A DNA stretch of 64,000 nt from Octopus vulgaris (GCA_951406725.2 OX597815.1:189348001-189412000), one strand, 5' to 3'. Counted from the first letter of the stretch, positions 26,570 through 40,867 are shown. Numbers and translations: made by a program. Notes: generated by a model from the sequence alone, not told the origin.

Positions 26570-26884
26570 TTTACCTTTTCCTTGCTTCAGTCATTGCACT
26601 GTGGTCATGCTGGAGCACCACCTTGAAGGGTTTTACTCAAACAGATCAATCCCAGTATGTATATCATAAGTCTGGTGCTTATTCTATCAGTCTCTTTCGC
26701 TAAACTGCTAAGTTACAGGCATGTGAACACACCAGCACCACTCATCAAGTGGTGGTGGTGGTGGTGGACAAACACAATCACAAAACATACACACACATAC
26801 ATACATACATACATAAATACATACATATATACATACATACATAAATACATACATACATACATACATACATACATAAATACATAA

Positions 26885-26915
<31 letters not shown>
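26570..26915 (-). mobile_element. Older SINE family A 3' half with expanded (TACA)n
   Basis: CATGCTGGAGCACCACCTT...GGACAAACACA followed by TACA repeat. Confidence 0.65.
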
Positions 26916-26916
<1 letters not shown>

Positions 26917-27097
26917 GATCTTAAGATGAGAGTTGTCATTGAAACTGGTAATATTCTATGTTCTCTTTATATAATTTTGAAATCTATTTTTTTAAATTCT
27001 TTCTAAATTGAAATATCTTAGATTTACTTCTCTGCTATTTCCACCTCCATCCTTTATATATAAAAATTTGATTTATATATATCTCTAATCTTTTTTC

Positions 27098-27179
<82 letters not shown>

Positions 27180-27510
27180 TCCAAAAAAAATGTAACACTC
27201 AGAATGTTTTGGTCAATCCTAGGCTGGAGAAGAAGACAGTTGTCCATGTTGCCACGCAGTGAGACTGAACCTGAGACGACATGATTTGAAAGCCTGTTTC
27301 TTATCCTCACATCCACGCTGTGCCAATACACAGATTTTCATTCACCATTATTACAAGCATGAGCGTTGTCTAATTAAAACTTTATTTGATAGACTGAGCT
27401 CAGACTCAGAGCTGCAACCTCTCTAAGTAAAAGAAAGAGAGGGTTTTTAGTATCACCGCTCCACTCATCACACTTATGAAGGCCCTATAATTTTTCACCC
27501 AGACACGAAC

Positions 27511-27739
27511 TTAACCCTTTCATTACCAACCCGGCTGAAACCGGCTCTGGCTCTGAATACAAATGTCCTGTTTTCATAAATTTTGAATTAAAATCTTCCA
27601 CTAAATCTTAGTCACAATTTATGTTCCTAACACTAGCTTAATGATAACTAAGTTATTTTACTAAATTCTTTGTTATATTTAAAATTAATTGAAAGAAACA
27701 CAGAGCATCTCAACAGAATTATGGTGGCAAAAGGGTTAA
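27511..27739 (+). mobile_element. piggyBac-type MITE (family P1)
   Basis: TTAA-CCCTTT ... AAAGGG-TTAA termini (TTAA target, CCC/GGG ends); five copies in window. Confidence 0.8.
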
Positions 27740-28823
27740 CAAATGATTAATTCAAGCAAGGTCATTAGCTGAACTATGTTCACTAGTACCTAGTTTACGG
27801 TTTATGGATGTCAAAACAGCTACAGTTGAAATAAATGTTCCTTTTGAGTAATATCTCAAAACTAATTTAAATGGTACGTCATTTTTGTTGTCGAAGGAAC
27901 TTATGGTATTTATTAAGTTTTTGTCGTCTGTAAAACTGTTTGCTAATTCTTATCTAGATTAGGAAACATGTCAAATTGTCTTGCCATACAACAAATCTCT
28001 CTGTGCTGATAACTTCATGCTAAAGAACTCATTCACTAATTTTTTAGATTTTATTATTTAATTTTTTTTCTGTTAAAACAGATAGTTGAAATTAAATTGT
28101 AACAAGTTTTAATGAGTTCAATAGTATCGTTAGTTCACAATTAGCTTATCTGTTTGCATGCATGTGTATGTTACATGGGTTTATTATTATCATTCATAAA
28201 GTTGTTATAGCTATTATCAGCCATAAAAGTCTTTATTAAAAGCTAAAATATTCATGTGTTATTCATTTATATCGCTTGTGAAAATATAATTAGCTGTCAC
28301 TACCTCTAAAACATTTGTTCAGAATTTTCTCAAGAAAATGAAGCCTTACGTTTTATCTTTAAAACATTTCATACTTTTTTTCTCTGCTTTATTATAAGTA
28401 CAGTTATCATTTTCAGATTGAATATTTACATTAACAGGAAATCCTTTTATAAAAAGAAACTACAGTTTTATAAATTTAATTAATTACTATTTTTATTTTT
28501 AGCTTATGTCGAGAGAAAGTAAATTAAATTTGAAATATTGAACTGTGTGTAGTAAATAGACATGAAGATGAAAATAAATATAATTTAGTTGTAGATCTGT
28601 GTATGTGAATAGGAGCAAACAATAGTTTAACTAATAAGATGGAAATATACTTAATATACTTTAACAGTATCAATGAATTGTTATATTAGCAATGTGACTT
28701 ACAAATATAATCAAAAATAATATTAAGAACTGTAAACAGTTTGAATACAAAATATACTCAATAAAACATTTGTTTTATATTTTTCAGTTTTATTCAGTTT
28801 GATTTCTTCAAGAAATGATTCCA

Positions 28824-29037
28824 TTTAACTCTTTAGAATTCAGATTTTTCTGTCAAATGTAATGCTTATTTATTCACATTGTTTTGAATTAATCATATGT
28901 TATCTCATAGTTTTGAGATTTTGATGGTCTGGTTGTATATTTTTAGAATGACAGTGTAAGGTAGGTGTGAGAGGCTGGATCTGATTGGTTATAACATAAA
29001 ACTGTTGTATATGGCCTGCTTAAATGCTAAAGGGTTA
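28824..29037. mobile_element. piggyBac-type MITE, second family
   Basis: TTAACTCTTTAGAATT ... AATGCTAAAGGGTTA imperfect terminal inverted repeats. Confidence 0.55.
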
Positions 29038-29072
29038 TACCTGTATAGAATTATATATGTATGTGTGTAGAA

Positions 29073-29373
29073 GTGGAGGAACATGGTCTAGTGGTTAGAG
29101 CAGCAGACTCATGGTCGAGGGATCTTGGGTTCAAATCTCAGACAGGCGATGTGTGTGTTTATGAGCGAAACACTTAAGCTTCACGTGGCTCCAGCAGAAG
29201 GTAATGGTGAACTTCTGCTGACTTTTCACCACAATTTTCTCTCACTGTTTCCTCCTGCATCTTGCAGCTCACCTGCAAAGGACTAGCATTCTGTCCAGGT
29301 GGAGAACCTATACGCCATGGAAACCAGGAAAACGGCCTTTATGAGCCATGCCTGGCTCAAGAAGGAACAAACA
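29073..29373 (+). mobile_element. tRNA-Arg-like-headed SINE (OR-like), subfamily with GGCTCAAGAAGGAA tail
   Basis: GTGGAGGAACATGGTCTAGTGGTTAGAGCAGCAGACTC...GGGTTCAAATCTC head; tail shared with 55710 copy. Confidence 0.75.
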
Positions 29374-30329
29374 ATGTGTGTGTGTGGTAGGATCAGCCTG
29401 TGGAGCAGTTCTACATCCTATGATTCTCACAGAATATCCACTATAAGGGTAAGAAAAATTCACAGTAGGATACAATAAGGAGCCAAACATTCAATATTGC
29501 TACTCTTTCATCACTGCCCCTCTTCTAAATAAATCTTTTGTAACTACATAATTCTTCAGTGAAGGGAGACTGAAATAACAGTGAAAACAAGTAACTGGGA
29601 ATAAATTTTACTTCACACTGCACAAAAATATATTCTGATGCTGTTGCTTTATTTGAAGTCAGAATACTGAGTTTAATATCGGAATATTGAAGAAAGGAAA
29701 ATATTAATTTTAATCAGAAAAAAATATATAAAAATTTTCAGATTATTGGAAATTTTGAATCCAAGATGATTAAAATATAAATAAGTTATCTAATTATATA
29801 AAAGAAGTTTAAAAGAGATCTCGAAACGACAGTTCCTTTTGTGGAATAACTGAATAATTTGAAGGGTTTAAAGAAGCAATTTTATTTCACAAATTCCTCT
29901 CTTAAAACATGAAACAACTCTTTGCTTCTTAGGATAAACAAGTAAGAAAAATAAGGAAGTGTTTCTACAAGGAATTTTGAATTTTTATTTAAGAAATTAA
30001 TGCAAAACATTAAAAGTAGGGGCAATACTGTTTAACATAAAAAGTGAAAAAAAAAAAAAAGAAAAAGATAAAGAAAAGCCCACTAAAAATCTACTTTATG
30101 GAATTGTATCCTTTCAACACTATAAAAAAAAGGTTAAGTGAATGAATAATATTTCAAGTCTTTTCTTGGAAGATATGTTAGTAGCGAGAGTTTATAATGG
30201 TTAATGTATTTGAATTCTGTGTTACCTTTTGGCAAAGATTATTGTCTATTGTTGTTTGGATATATGATACTGTCAGGTTCCTCTAATAGCTGTCTTAGCA
30301 TGAGAAGTAAAAGTAGATTGAACAAGGGG

Positions 30330-30339
30330 TACACATGCA

Positions 30340-30380
<41 letters not shown>

Positions 30381-30728
30381 ACAAATACGCACACACACAT
30401 ACATGCATATATACAAACAAGCATACAAATATGCATGCATGCACACTCATGCACGCATATGCATGTACATACATACACACAAATACATACATGCACATAT
30501 AAACACACATGCAAACACACACACATACAGGTATACATGCACGCACACATGCGCATACACACACATGCACACACATACAAACATACAAGCATGCACACAC
30601 ATGCATATACAAACACCCATACAAACATGCATGCATGGCATGCACACGCATACACACATACAAACATACATGCATGCACACACACACATACAAAGATAGA
30701 TACATACATACATGCATACATATATATA
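30330..30728. repeat. Degenerate (CA)n/(CATA)n tract
   Basis: Visible. Confidence 0.9.
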
Positions 30729-30984
30729 TCAAAGTCAATCTGTCATTGTACTTTGAGAATAATGAGCATTTACAGAAAAAAGTCTTGTTATGTCTAACTC
30801 TAACATTTGTCAAATTTTCTGAAACTCAAAAGAATTTTGTGGTAATAAAAACACTCAAATATTAAAGCATTTTATAGTCTTTCACAATAATACCATTGAA
30901 GTCATTAAAGATGCTAAGACAACATGACTATATCATGCATTCAGAGTATTCACACCATTATTTTCCCATTATTTACATAAGTCA

Positions 30985-31121
30985 GATATTTGTCCACAAC
31001 TTGTTTGTTGTTACCACAACATTTTGGCTGATTTACTCTCCAGCCTTCATCAGGTGTCCTGGGGGAATTTTGAACCTGGGTTCTCATTCCTAAGGTATTT
31101 TTTTGATGTCATTATTATTAT
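30985..31121 (-). mobile_element. PLE terminal-repeat fragment with decayed hammerhead (same family as 18.7, 33.2 and 40.6 kb)
   Basis: GGCTGATTTACTCTCCAGCCTTCATCAGGTGTCC...GGTTCTCATTCCTAAGGTATTTT. Confidence 0.75.
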
Positions 31122-31290
31122 TGTCTTTGCACAGCTTCTAACACTGGAGATGTACTACAGTGTCAGCTGTTCACTACCAGTGAACTAAGGTAACACCTCT
31201 TATTTTTTCAGCACCTTCCGTAGTATTCGAGCGGTTCCAAGCAGTGCTGTTTTCTGCAAGTGCTCCACCCTTATTGCAGTCCCTATTTGT
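31122..31290 (-). mobile_element. R4/Dong-type 3' end adjoining the PLE's (AAT)n tract
   Basis: rc encodes IGTAIRVEHLQKTALLGTARILRKVLKK*; 3' UTR homologous to 12900-12970. Confidence 0.75.
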
Positions 31291-31456
31291 TCCATATATG
31301 TCTCAAAATTTTTACTTGCTGTTCCCAGAGCTCAGACAATTATTGGTACTACTACCACCTTTTTAATGGACCACAACTGCTTAACCTATTGATAAATTTT
31401 TTCAGACACAGTCAATTGCTTGTTGCTTCAGGTTTTGGATTTTCCTCCTCCTCCTC

Positions 31457-31896
31457 CTCATCATCATCATTGTTTAATGTCCGCTTTCCATGGCTGAGTT
31501 TCTACAGCTTGATGCCCTTCCTAACGCCAACCACTCTGAGAGTATAGTGCTTTTACATGCCACCAGCATGAGGGTCATTCAGGCGGTACTGGCAGTGGCC
31601 ACGCTCAAATGATGCTTTTTATGTGCCACCTGCACAGTAGCCAGTCCAGCAGCACTGGCAACGACCTCGCTCAAATGTTTTTTCACGTGCCGCCAGCGCA
31701 AGTGCTAGTAAGGTGACACAGGTAACGATCACATTTGAATGGTGCTTTTTACATGCCACTGGCACGGAGGTCAGTTTATTGCTCTGGCAATGATCACACT
31801 CATATGGTACTCTTAGCACTCCACTAGCCTGGATGCCAGTCATCGAATTTGATTTCGATTTCGATTTCACTTGCCTCAACAGGTCTTCGCAAGCAG
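31457..31896 (-). mobile_element. Family R repeat with internal deletion
   Basis: CAT tail, units, CTTGCCTCAACAGGTCTTCGCAAG 5' block. Confidence 0.75.
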
Positions 31897-32775
31897 GGCG
31901 CTAATATTTGCTGAGTTCTGTACGTCACAAAGGTCTTCCAAAGGGTTAATAGACTAATCAGAATTACACCAGCAATAGAATATTTTAAAGCTGTCTAAGT
32001 TTATGAACTGCAGAGTGGAACTATGACAACAAAGCTATTAGTTAAAGCAATGTACATAAATACATTATGGAATATATAAATAGCTAGATTAATTTATTTG
32101 TTTAAGTGGACATACGAAACAGAAACAATGCAAACAAAAGAACTGAGTTGGGTAACTGGAATTATAATAGATAAAGGAAAATTTATGTAGATAGAGTAAA
32201 TGACTTCAAGGAAAAATTAAACGTTTCTTTTACATGATGATTAATTTTGTAAAGAACGGACACCTCATTATGATAGCAAGCTGAACCTGCCACCATAATA
32301 ATGGAAATTATTTATTTGAGAGTTTATTACACATGGACAGTAATCAGAAACAAACAGATGCAGTTTCCTTCAGAGTAATAACATATGTAGTTCCCAGACA
32401 AAATAAATGTTTTTCACGTTAATGGTGCAAATTCATTAAATCAAAAATTCTTTTTGGCTCACCATTTCATGTTAGCCTACTCTTAACTATGTGCTTTTTT
32501 TAAACAGAAGAGATCCATTAGAACTTTTATACTATCAGTATCTTAAAACAAATGTTTCTTTTTCTTAATTCTTTTCATTTTTCAAGTAATAAGATACGAT
32601 ATATGAAGTGATTTAATATATGATGTGAAATATATTTCAGCAGCTAAGCATAAGTTGTGTGTTAAAGTATTGACATCGAAATTGGCAAAGCAGGTGCAAG
32701 AATGAAATAAGAAACTCAGGGACAAACAGAGAAGTATATAAAATATGGAATTTTTTTAATGTTCACAAGGGTAAT

Positions 32776-32983
32776 AGTTATATTAATGTTAATCCAAACA
32801 TTTAAACACAACAACGTGAGGACGTGGAACCAGTATAGTGTTATGGGATGCTCAGGAAAGGAAAGAAAGAAGGAGGATTTAACGTTTCGAGCAGAGTTCT
32901 TCGTCAGAAACATAGGAAAAGGAAAGATCCAAGGAAGGGAAGACGGAGGAAAAAAAAATCGCCAACGATACACATGTAGTCAC
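32776..32983 (-). mobile_element. PLE terminal-repeat fragment (family of the 59.9-63.3 kb element)
   Basis: Homologous to 63050-63250 on the opposite strand; contains hammerhead motif. Confidence 0.65.
32877..32921 (-). ncRNA. Minimal hammerhead ribozyme motif
   Basis: rc: GTTT-CTGACGA-A-GAACtctGCTC-GAAA-CGTT-AAAT; one stem II mismatch. Confidence 0.6.
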
Positions 32984-33335
32984 ATTACCCTTGTGAAGGT
33001 TTCACTGAAATGCAACAAGAAATATAATGAGTTTTATTAATTATTTTTGCCAGTGGAATAATTATGAAGGACTTTGATAGTATATTACTTGGAAGCGTTT
33101 GCTTAAACAATTATTTTATTTATAGAGGGTATAAGATATGTATGCCAGATACTCTATACTAGGAGTTCAGAGTGATATTCTAAACAAAATGTGGTTTCAG
33201 TTCTATATTTAAGGCATGAGGAATTATGCACATTATTTATATTATTTACATTTGATGGATATTTGTCCTCATCTTGTAGTGGTTAAGAGCACAGGCTACT
33301 AAGCCCAAGATTCTGAGTTCGATTCCAGACAGTGA

Positions 33336-33843
<508 letters not shown>

Positions 33844-33885
33844 AAATACCTTAGGAATGAGAACCCAGGTTCAAAATTTCCCCAA

Positions 33886-33931
33886 GACACCTGATGAAGG
33901 CTGGAGGGTGTATCAGCCGAAACATTGTGTT
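33886..33931 (+). ncRNA. Minimal type I hammerhead ribozyme motif (PLE-type)
   Basis: GACAC-CTGATGA-A-GGCTG-gagggtgtat-CAGCC-GAAA-CATT-GTGTT; family consensus inferred from four copies is GAAACGTT (palindromic short stem III). Confidence 0.7.
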
Positions 33932-34271
33932 AACAACAAACAAGATGAGGACAAATATCCATCAAATGTAAATAATGTAAAATGTGGTTTCGTTTGCTCA
34001 ACTATTTGTATAAAAGAAATAAATAATAAAGTAAGGAATTTTCGTATCTTCTAAAGTAAACCCCCTACCAAAAAACGAAAAAAAAAAACAATAGTATATA
34101 AGTAGTTCTATTTGGAAATGTAACCAAAATTCTTTTATCTAAATCTAGTCAAATCAGAAACATTTCTGTATTGTAGAATTATTTCATCAACCAGAGACGC
34201 AATTAAAATGGTTGAGATGACAGAAAATATTGAAAGTAAATATTCTGTGGATTTCCTTGATTTTTAAATGT

Positions 34272-34676
34272 CCTCTTGAGGAAACCTATTGAGTCAAGTA
34301 CATCAACATCAACATCAAAATTCAAATAGAAATTGTAGTTGTGATCCCCGTGCCGGTGGCACGTAAAAAGTACCATCCGAACATGGCTGATGCCAGCGTC
34401 ACCTTGAGTGGCCTCCGTGCCGGTGGTATGTAAAAAGCACCAACCGATCATAGTGGTTGCTACCCTCACCTGGCACCTGTACCAGTGGCATGTAAAAAGT
34501 ACCCACTACACTCAAGGAGTGGTTGGTGTTAGGAAGGGCATCCAGCTGTAGAAACACTGCCAGATCAGACTGGAGCCTGGTGCAGCCTCCTCGTTTCCCA
34601 GACCCCGGTCGATCTGTCCAACCCATGCTAGCATGGAAAACGGACGTTAGACAATGATAATGATGATGATGATGAT
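34272..34676 (+). mobile_element. Family R repeat
   Basis: Three units, 3' block, GAT tail. Confidence 0.82.
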
Positions 34677-34812
34677 TCTCTGGAAATTTATAACTCATCA
34701 ACATCCTTTCCTGACAAACTGCATTATTAACTGTGATAAGACATAGTTGCATTAGTAAGAATAGTTTACAATTATATTTATCTCCAGTACACCACTAGTT
34801 GTTATTCCTCCT

Positions 34813-35230
34813 TATTTCTTTACTACCCACAAGGGGCTAAACACAGAGGGGACAAACGAGGACAGAAAAACGGATTAAGTCGATTATATCGATCCCAGTG
34901 CGTTACTGGTACTTAATTTATCGACCCTGAAAGGATGAAAGGCAAAGTCGACCTCGGTGGAATTTGAACTCAGAACGTAGCGGCAGAAGAAATACCTATT
35001 TCTTTATTACCCACAAGGGGCTAAACATAGAGGGGACAAACAAGGACAGACATAGGGTATTAAGTCGATTGCATCGACCCCAGTGCATAACTGGTACTTA
35101 ATTTATTGACCCCGAAAGAATGAAAGGCAAAGTCGACCTCGGCGGAATTTGAACTCAGAACGTAGCGGCAGACGAAACACCACTAAGCATTTCGCCCAGC
35201 GTGCTAACGATTCTGCCAGCTCGCTGCCTT
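34813..35230 (-). mobile_element. SINE family M, tandem dimer
   Basis: Two consecutive copies of body sharing one head. Confidence 0.85.
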
Positions 35231-37478
35231 TTTATTTATTTATTTTTTTTTAGTAACTAGTAGTTATTTTAATAACTAGTAGTTATTCATTCTTAAGATC
35301 AGTATTCATTCTAGACATCCTTTGGCTTCACACATACAAATCAGTAAAGAAATTTCTAGCTTTTGAAAGCAATATTTTCTTCTTTGCTTGCTCTGATCTA
35401 CTCTCAACTAAATAGAAATCAGTTCCTGCCAGTGCTGAGTTACTATTTCATTCATCTCTCATGAAAGTGAGACGCATATTTTCATGCACTGCCCTTTTCA
35501 ACTGCTGATTAAACTTGCTGCAGCATGGTAACTTGAATAAAGATGGATTTTCCAGTGATCAGCCAGTTTGGTCTGATGATGATTAACTTGTGTTCTCAAG
35601 GTCAATTTGTTATAATGTGCATATATTTGTTATTATATACAGATGAAAATGGAAATTATACAGCCTAATGTTTATTAAACAGAAATATTGCAGATATTTT
35701 GATGAAAGCATTTATATTTCATGAGGATTGATTTGAATTTATAAAACATAGGAATCCTTTGATGCTATAGAAAGTACTTCAATAGATTCTATTTACCATT
35801 ATAGATTTCTGTAATAGAATACATGATGAGAATTTCCAAATTATTATTAATATTCTACAACATAGAAAAGTCTCTCATTGGAGAACATTTTTCAAAGAAA
35901 ATTTCCACTATTGTCTCACTTAAAGAATACTTTAGTCAAGTGCAAACCTTTATCTTGTTTAGAGATGAAAGCAGAATTATTCAATAAATTTAAACTCGTG
36001 TCTCTTGTATTAGTTACATGTCTATTCCTGCTTCTTTTAAAGATATTGCTATCTAAACAAAAGTACCAACATTTCATCAATAAATTACTCATGAATAAAA
36101 CACACATACTAATTCCATAGCAATGATGAATAGTTATAGCTTTCGTGGTAGCTTATATCGTTGTTGATTTTGTTATTGATCTCAAAAGCATTGATTCTAG
36201 TTTATTAGGAAACCTACAAGCAATTAACTGTGAAGCAAATCTTTGCTCTGAAGACAATCAAATGAAGTTAATATCAACAGAAGCATTCGTTCAAAGAGAT
36301 TTATTATCACTCTGCATAGATGTAATAGGATTCTTCCTGCTCTTCAGATATTTAAGAATCTAAGGTACATGGGCAAGGTCAAAGTGTGTTGAAAAAGCAA
36401 TAGGAAAACTAATTCATTCAATGATATTTCAAAGGTTCAAATAGTGGGAAAGATATTATTGTTGGTTTCAGAACAAACACTGTTCTTGATGGAATCAAAC
36501 ATACAGTGGAATTTTGAGTTAGGTAATTGGAATATAGTTAAGTATAATGTGTTAGATGTGAATACAATCAAACACATATTGAGAGAGAAAGAAAGAAAAA
36601 GAAAGGAAGAAAGAGAGAGAAACATTTTCTAATGGATAATTTATCAATCTATCATACTGGAGCTTATTAAAAACTGTTTAGCTATAGTAAAGATATTACT
36701 TTAAGATGCATGATACATAAGTATCCAGTTGGTCAATTAATTTATTGATGGTTAAAAATATAAAAACAAGACATTGTTCACTTCCACTAGAAGGAAACCT
36801 TATATCAATAGTGTATATTAATTCCAATTTTTGATAGAATTTGCCTTCGTTGTCTTTCTTTTATATTCACCGTATTTGCTTTCTAATGGACAATTTGATT
36901 TCTACCAAGCGATCTTCAAAATATGATCTGCTGCTTCCTGTCTACAACACCAATTCAGTCCCTATTATCACCAACAGCTAACTAGAAACAGAAATAGAGC
37001 AAGAGTGAAGCAGGGAAGGAAAGTTGCCCTAAGTATAGAGGTTATGGAGTGCAAAATTTCCTCTGACTTACAACATCTTTTAATTACTTATTATTAATTA
37101 TGCCTTTGTCTAGCAGAACTTCTCTCTATTCAGTAAATGTGACATTGTTAAAATATTTGTGTGTACATGAGTAAGCTTGATTCAGGCCACCTTTTTTTTA
37201 TGTCACTGCATTGTTGTTTAACCATTGTCATTTGTGTGCAAATAGGAAAGTCCTGTTGGTCCCCATTAGAGAAGTTTAATTTGCTCATGATACAGTGTTA
37301 CTGACACAAAGTGTAGAAGTACAACAAGACAAAACCTCGTTTCTTCTGTGGAAAAGAATTTTGTATACATAACAACCTATGTAAGGAGGTTAGTGCTTTG
37401 ACCAGGAATAAACATGTTTCAACTGTCATCACAATTCTTAAGATGCTGAATAAAGCTCTCTGCAGAAATAATAATTAA

Positions 37479-37641
37479 GACGCAGGAGTGGCTGTGTGGT
37501 AAGTAGCTTGCTTACGAACCACATGGTTCTGGGTTCAGTCCCACTGTATGACACCTTGGGCAAGTGTCTTCTACTATAGCCTCGGGCCGACCAATGCCTT
37601 GTGAGTGGATTTGGTAGATGGAAACTGAAAGAAGCCCATCG

Positions 37642-37678
<37 letters not shown>

Positions 37679-37895
37679 ATATGTTTGTGTGTCTGTGTTT
37701 GTCCCCTTAGCATCGCTTGACAACCGATGCTGGTGTGTTTACATACCCTTAACTTAGTGGTTCGGCAAAAGAGACCGACAGAATAAGTACTAGGCTTACA
37801 AAGAACAAGTCCTGGGGTCAATTTGCTCGACTAAAGGCGGTGCTCCAGCATGGCCATAGTCAAATGACTGAAACAAGTAAAAGAGTAAAAAAGAA
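37479..37895 (+). mobile_element. SINE family A
   Basis: Full-length match. Confidence 0.9.
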
Positions 37896-38945
37896 TAGTT
37901 CCTCAAATAACATGCTGTCATCTAAAATGAAATAATAATATAAAACTGGACAAAGTGTGCCACAAAATGGTTTTGAATATTAGTCTGTTTGGTCAGCACC
38001 GACTTAGAGCTAGATTATTTATAATATTGAAGTCACTAGCACCAAAGCAAGACTTCTCAATGTAGAAATAAATGTGAACACAGATGAAGAAGCTCTCAAT
38101 TGGGAAAGACTATGCACTCCTGTTTGAGATATGATTGTGTGACAACGTAGATGCTCCCTTGTTGGCTTTAGAGGTCAGAATATATCAGGCAGGCAGTCGT
38201 TTTCTGAATGAGGTCTTAATTATAAAAGTCAACAGATGAAGCATTGCTTGAGGTGTTAGAGCAGTTCTCTGTTACAGGGTAAACTTGTATGCTTTACAGA
38301 TAATAATCAGCAACTGTCAGGCTGCTTGTATTTAGAATATCAAGTATTTAAGAATAGTCCTGGGCATTTTCTAGTCTCATCATTTGTTTGATTTGCAGGA
38401 AGGAGATGTGTCAAATGCTTTCACAGGCTGTTGTAATCAATACACTTAATGTTCTTTTTGACCAGTTATAAACTGGCTGCTGCTGCTGCGGAGGGAAAAA
38501 CATAGAGAGGTGAGAGGCGGGGGAATATGAGTGGACTAATGAGCTGCAATAGAAGGACGTGGCATATTTATTATCAGGCTTGGTGGGGGTGGATATAATA
38601 TGGGTGAAAGGAAGAAAAGGAGATAAGTGCATTGGATTAGCTGAGTTGAAGTGACATTTGACCAACTGCTTCTAAGAGACAGAGACCAATGTAATAGCAG
38701 GAGAAAAGTCTGAGAGAGAGAGAGAGAGAGGGTGGGTGAGGAGGAAGCATGTCTGTGGGCTACAGTTTGGAGGAGTAAATTAAACTCTATCACTGCTATG
38801 TAATTTTGCATCTATGATATATATGCAACCACTCCAAGAGGTCATCAGAGATAGAAACATTTAGCATTTGTAAGAACGACATGGCTTTAGTTGTGTGTGG
38901 TTATTCACGGTTTGTATGCTAGAGGCAGTGGTATTATTTAACTCA

Positions 38946-39182
38946 AGGCGGCAAGCTGGCAGAAACATTAGCACGGGGGGCGAAATGCTAAGCAGTATTT
39001 CGTCTGCCACTACGTTCTGTGTTCAAATTTCACCAGGGTCGACTTTGCCTTTCATCCTTTCGGGGTCGATTAAATAAGTACCAGTTTCACACTGGGGTTG
39101 ATGTAATCGACTTAATCCATTTGTCTGTCCTTGTTTGTCCTTTCTGTGTTTAGCCCCTTGTGGGTAGTAAAGAAATAGGTAT
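38946..39182 (+). mobile_element. SINE family M
   Basis: Full-length match. Confidence 0.85.
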
Positions 39183-39420
39183 TATTTAACTTCCAGATTA
39201 GCCCTCACTGAGCAGACCAATGATTAAAGACATTCTAATTGTGACCATCCCAACTTTTATGCAGAGATAAGTATTTTTTCTGGTTATATAATAATGTTTT
39301 GGTGCTATTAAATCATTAAATGAAATTAAATTTTTGTGCATCAGTTGAAGGATGTTTTCACCCTCTTCATAGAAGATGAGCATTATTAGCTAAAATATTG
39401 AAACTTGATGTCGATGAGAC

Positions 39421-39575
39421 CTTCTGTTACATTCTGAGTTCAAATTCCGCCGAGGTCGACTTTGCCTTTCATCCTTTCGGAGTTGATACATTAAGTATCA
39501 GTTACACACTGGGGTCGATGTAATCGACTTAATCCCTTTGTCTGTCCTTGTTTGTCTCCTCTGTGTTTAGCCCTT
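39421..39575 (+). mobile_element. SINE family M, head-truncated
   Basis: Core match. Confidence 0.8.
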
Positions 39576-39576
39576 T

Positions 39577-39820
39577 CGTCATCATCTTCTAACGTTCATT
39601 TTCCGTGCTAGCACGGGTTGGATGGTTCGACCGGGGTCTGGGAAGCCAGGAGGCTGCACTAGGCTCCAGTCTGATCTGGCAGTGTTTCTACAGCTGGATA
39701 CCCTTCCTAACGCCAACCACTCCGTGAGTGTAGTGGGTGCTTTTTATATGCCACTGGTACAGGTGCCAGGGGAGGCTGGCAGCAGCCAATCGGTTGGTGC
39801 CTTTTATGTGACACCAGCAG
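39577..39820 (-). mobile_element. Family R repeat, 3' portion
   Basis: Conserved 3' block, two units. Confidence 0.8.
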
Positions 39821-40555
39821 TGGGCGATAAAGAAATAAAACCTGTGTATAAAAAGAGGATTGTTTGTGTAGCACACTGGTGTGTGTTTTGATTTAGAAAT
39901 AACAGAAAATAAGTCATTAATAGAAAGAGACCAGGAGAATTAACAAATTACTAGGGTATAACTGAAATGGTAAAATGAATAGATTTCTGTCCAATTGTCC
40001 AAATAAGAGGACAAACAGGAAACCTTTTGTGTGATTTGAAGAAAATTTTTTGTTATCTCTTGGAGTTTGAGTAACTGATTAGAGCTTCCCTTTTGGTTTG
40101 CTGCTGGAGATTGGTAATTCCAGTTAGCAAAAGATTTTTATAATGCCAGACCTAAATGCTTAATTTACAAATGTCAAAAGGAGCAATTTAATTTCAGCAA
40201 AATTTTAAGGGTGCCAAAGTTTCATCATCACAGAAGTTTAGTTACCACCAAGAAAGGAACTTGGTGAAAGAAATTCTCATCTATAATGTTTCCATCCTCT
40301 TCAATAGAGAGTCTGTCTCTCTATTTGCTCTTCTGCTTTTTTCTTCTTTTTTTGTCTAAAAAATATGGTTCTATGATTGAACCCTAAACAACATCAACTT
40401 AGCAGTCGTATTCTGGGCTTCACAGAAGTCTCACATGTTTTTATTGTCACATACAGCCCATATACTAATCAAAGAGATGGTGGAAGTAAGACATTAAGCA
40501 TGGCTCAATAAAGATCCAAAATTATTTAAGAGTTCCTATCGATGTAATGTCATTC

Positions 40556-40867
40556 TTCATTATTTACATTCGACGGATATTTGTCCTCATCTTGTTTGTT
40601 GTTAACACGTTTTGGCTGATATACCCTCCAGCCTTCATCAGGTGTCTTGGGGAAATTTCAAACTCGGGTTCTCATTTCTCATTCCTAAGGTATTTTTCAA
40701 TCTTCTTCTTCTTCTTCTTATTATTATTATTGCTATTATTCAGGTCACTGCCTGGAATCGAACTTGGAATCTTGGGGTTAGTTGCCCGCACTCTTAACCA
40801 CTACACCATATGCCCATGGGCATATTGTAAATAATGTACATAATTCCTCATCTCTTAAATATAGAAC
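40556..40867 (-). mobile_element. Short PLE-derived element with tRNA-like head and hammerhead motif
   Basis: rc head GGGCATATGGTGTAGTGGTTAAGAGTGCGGGC...AAGTTCGATTCCAGG; CTGATGA motif; inverted terminal segment 40826-40867; TSD TGTAATGTCATTC / TGTAATGTTATTC. Confidence 0.8.
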
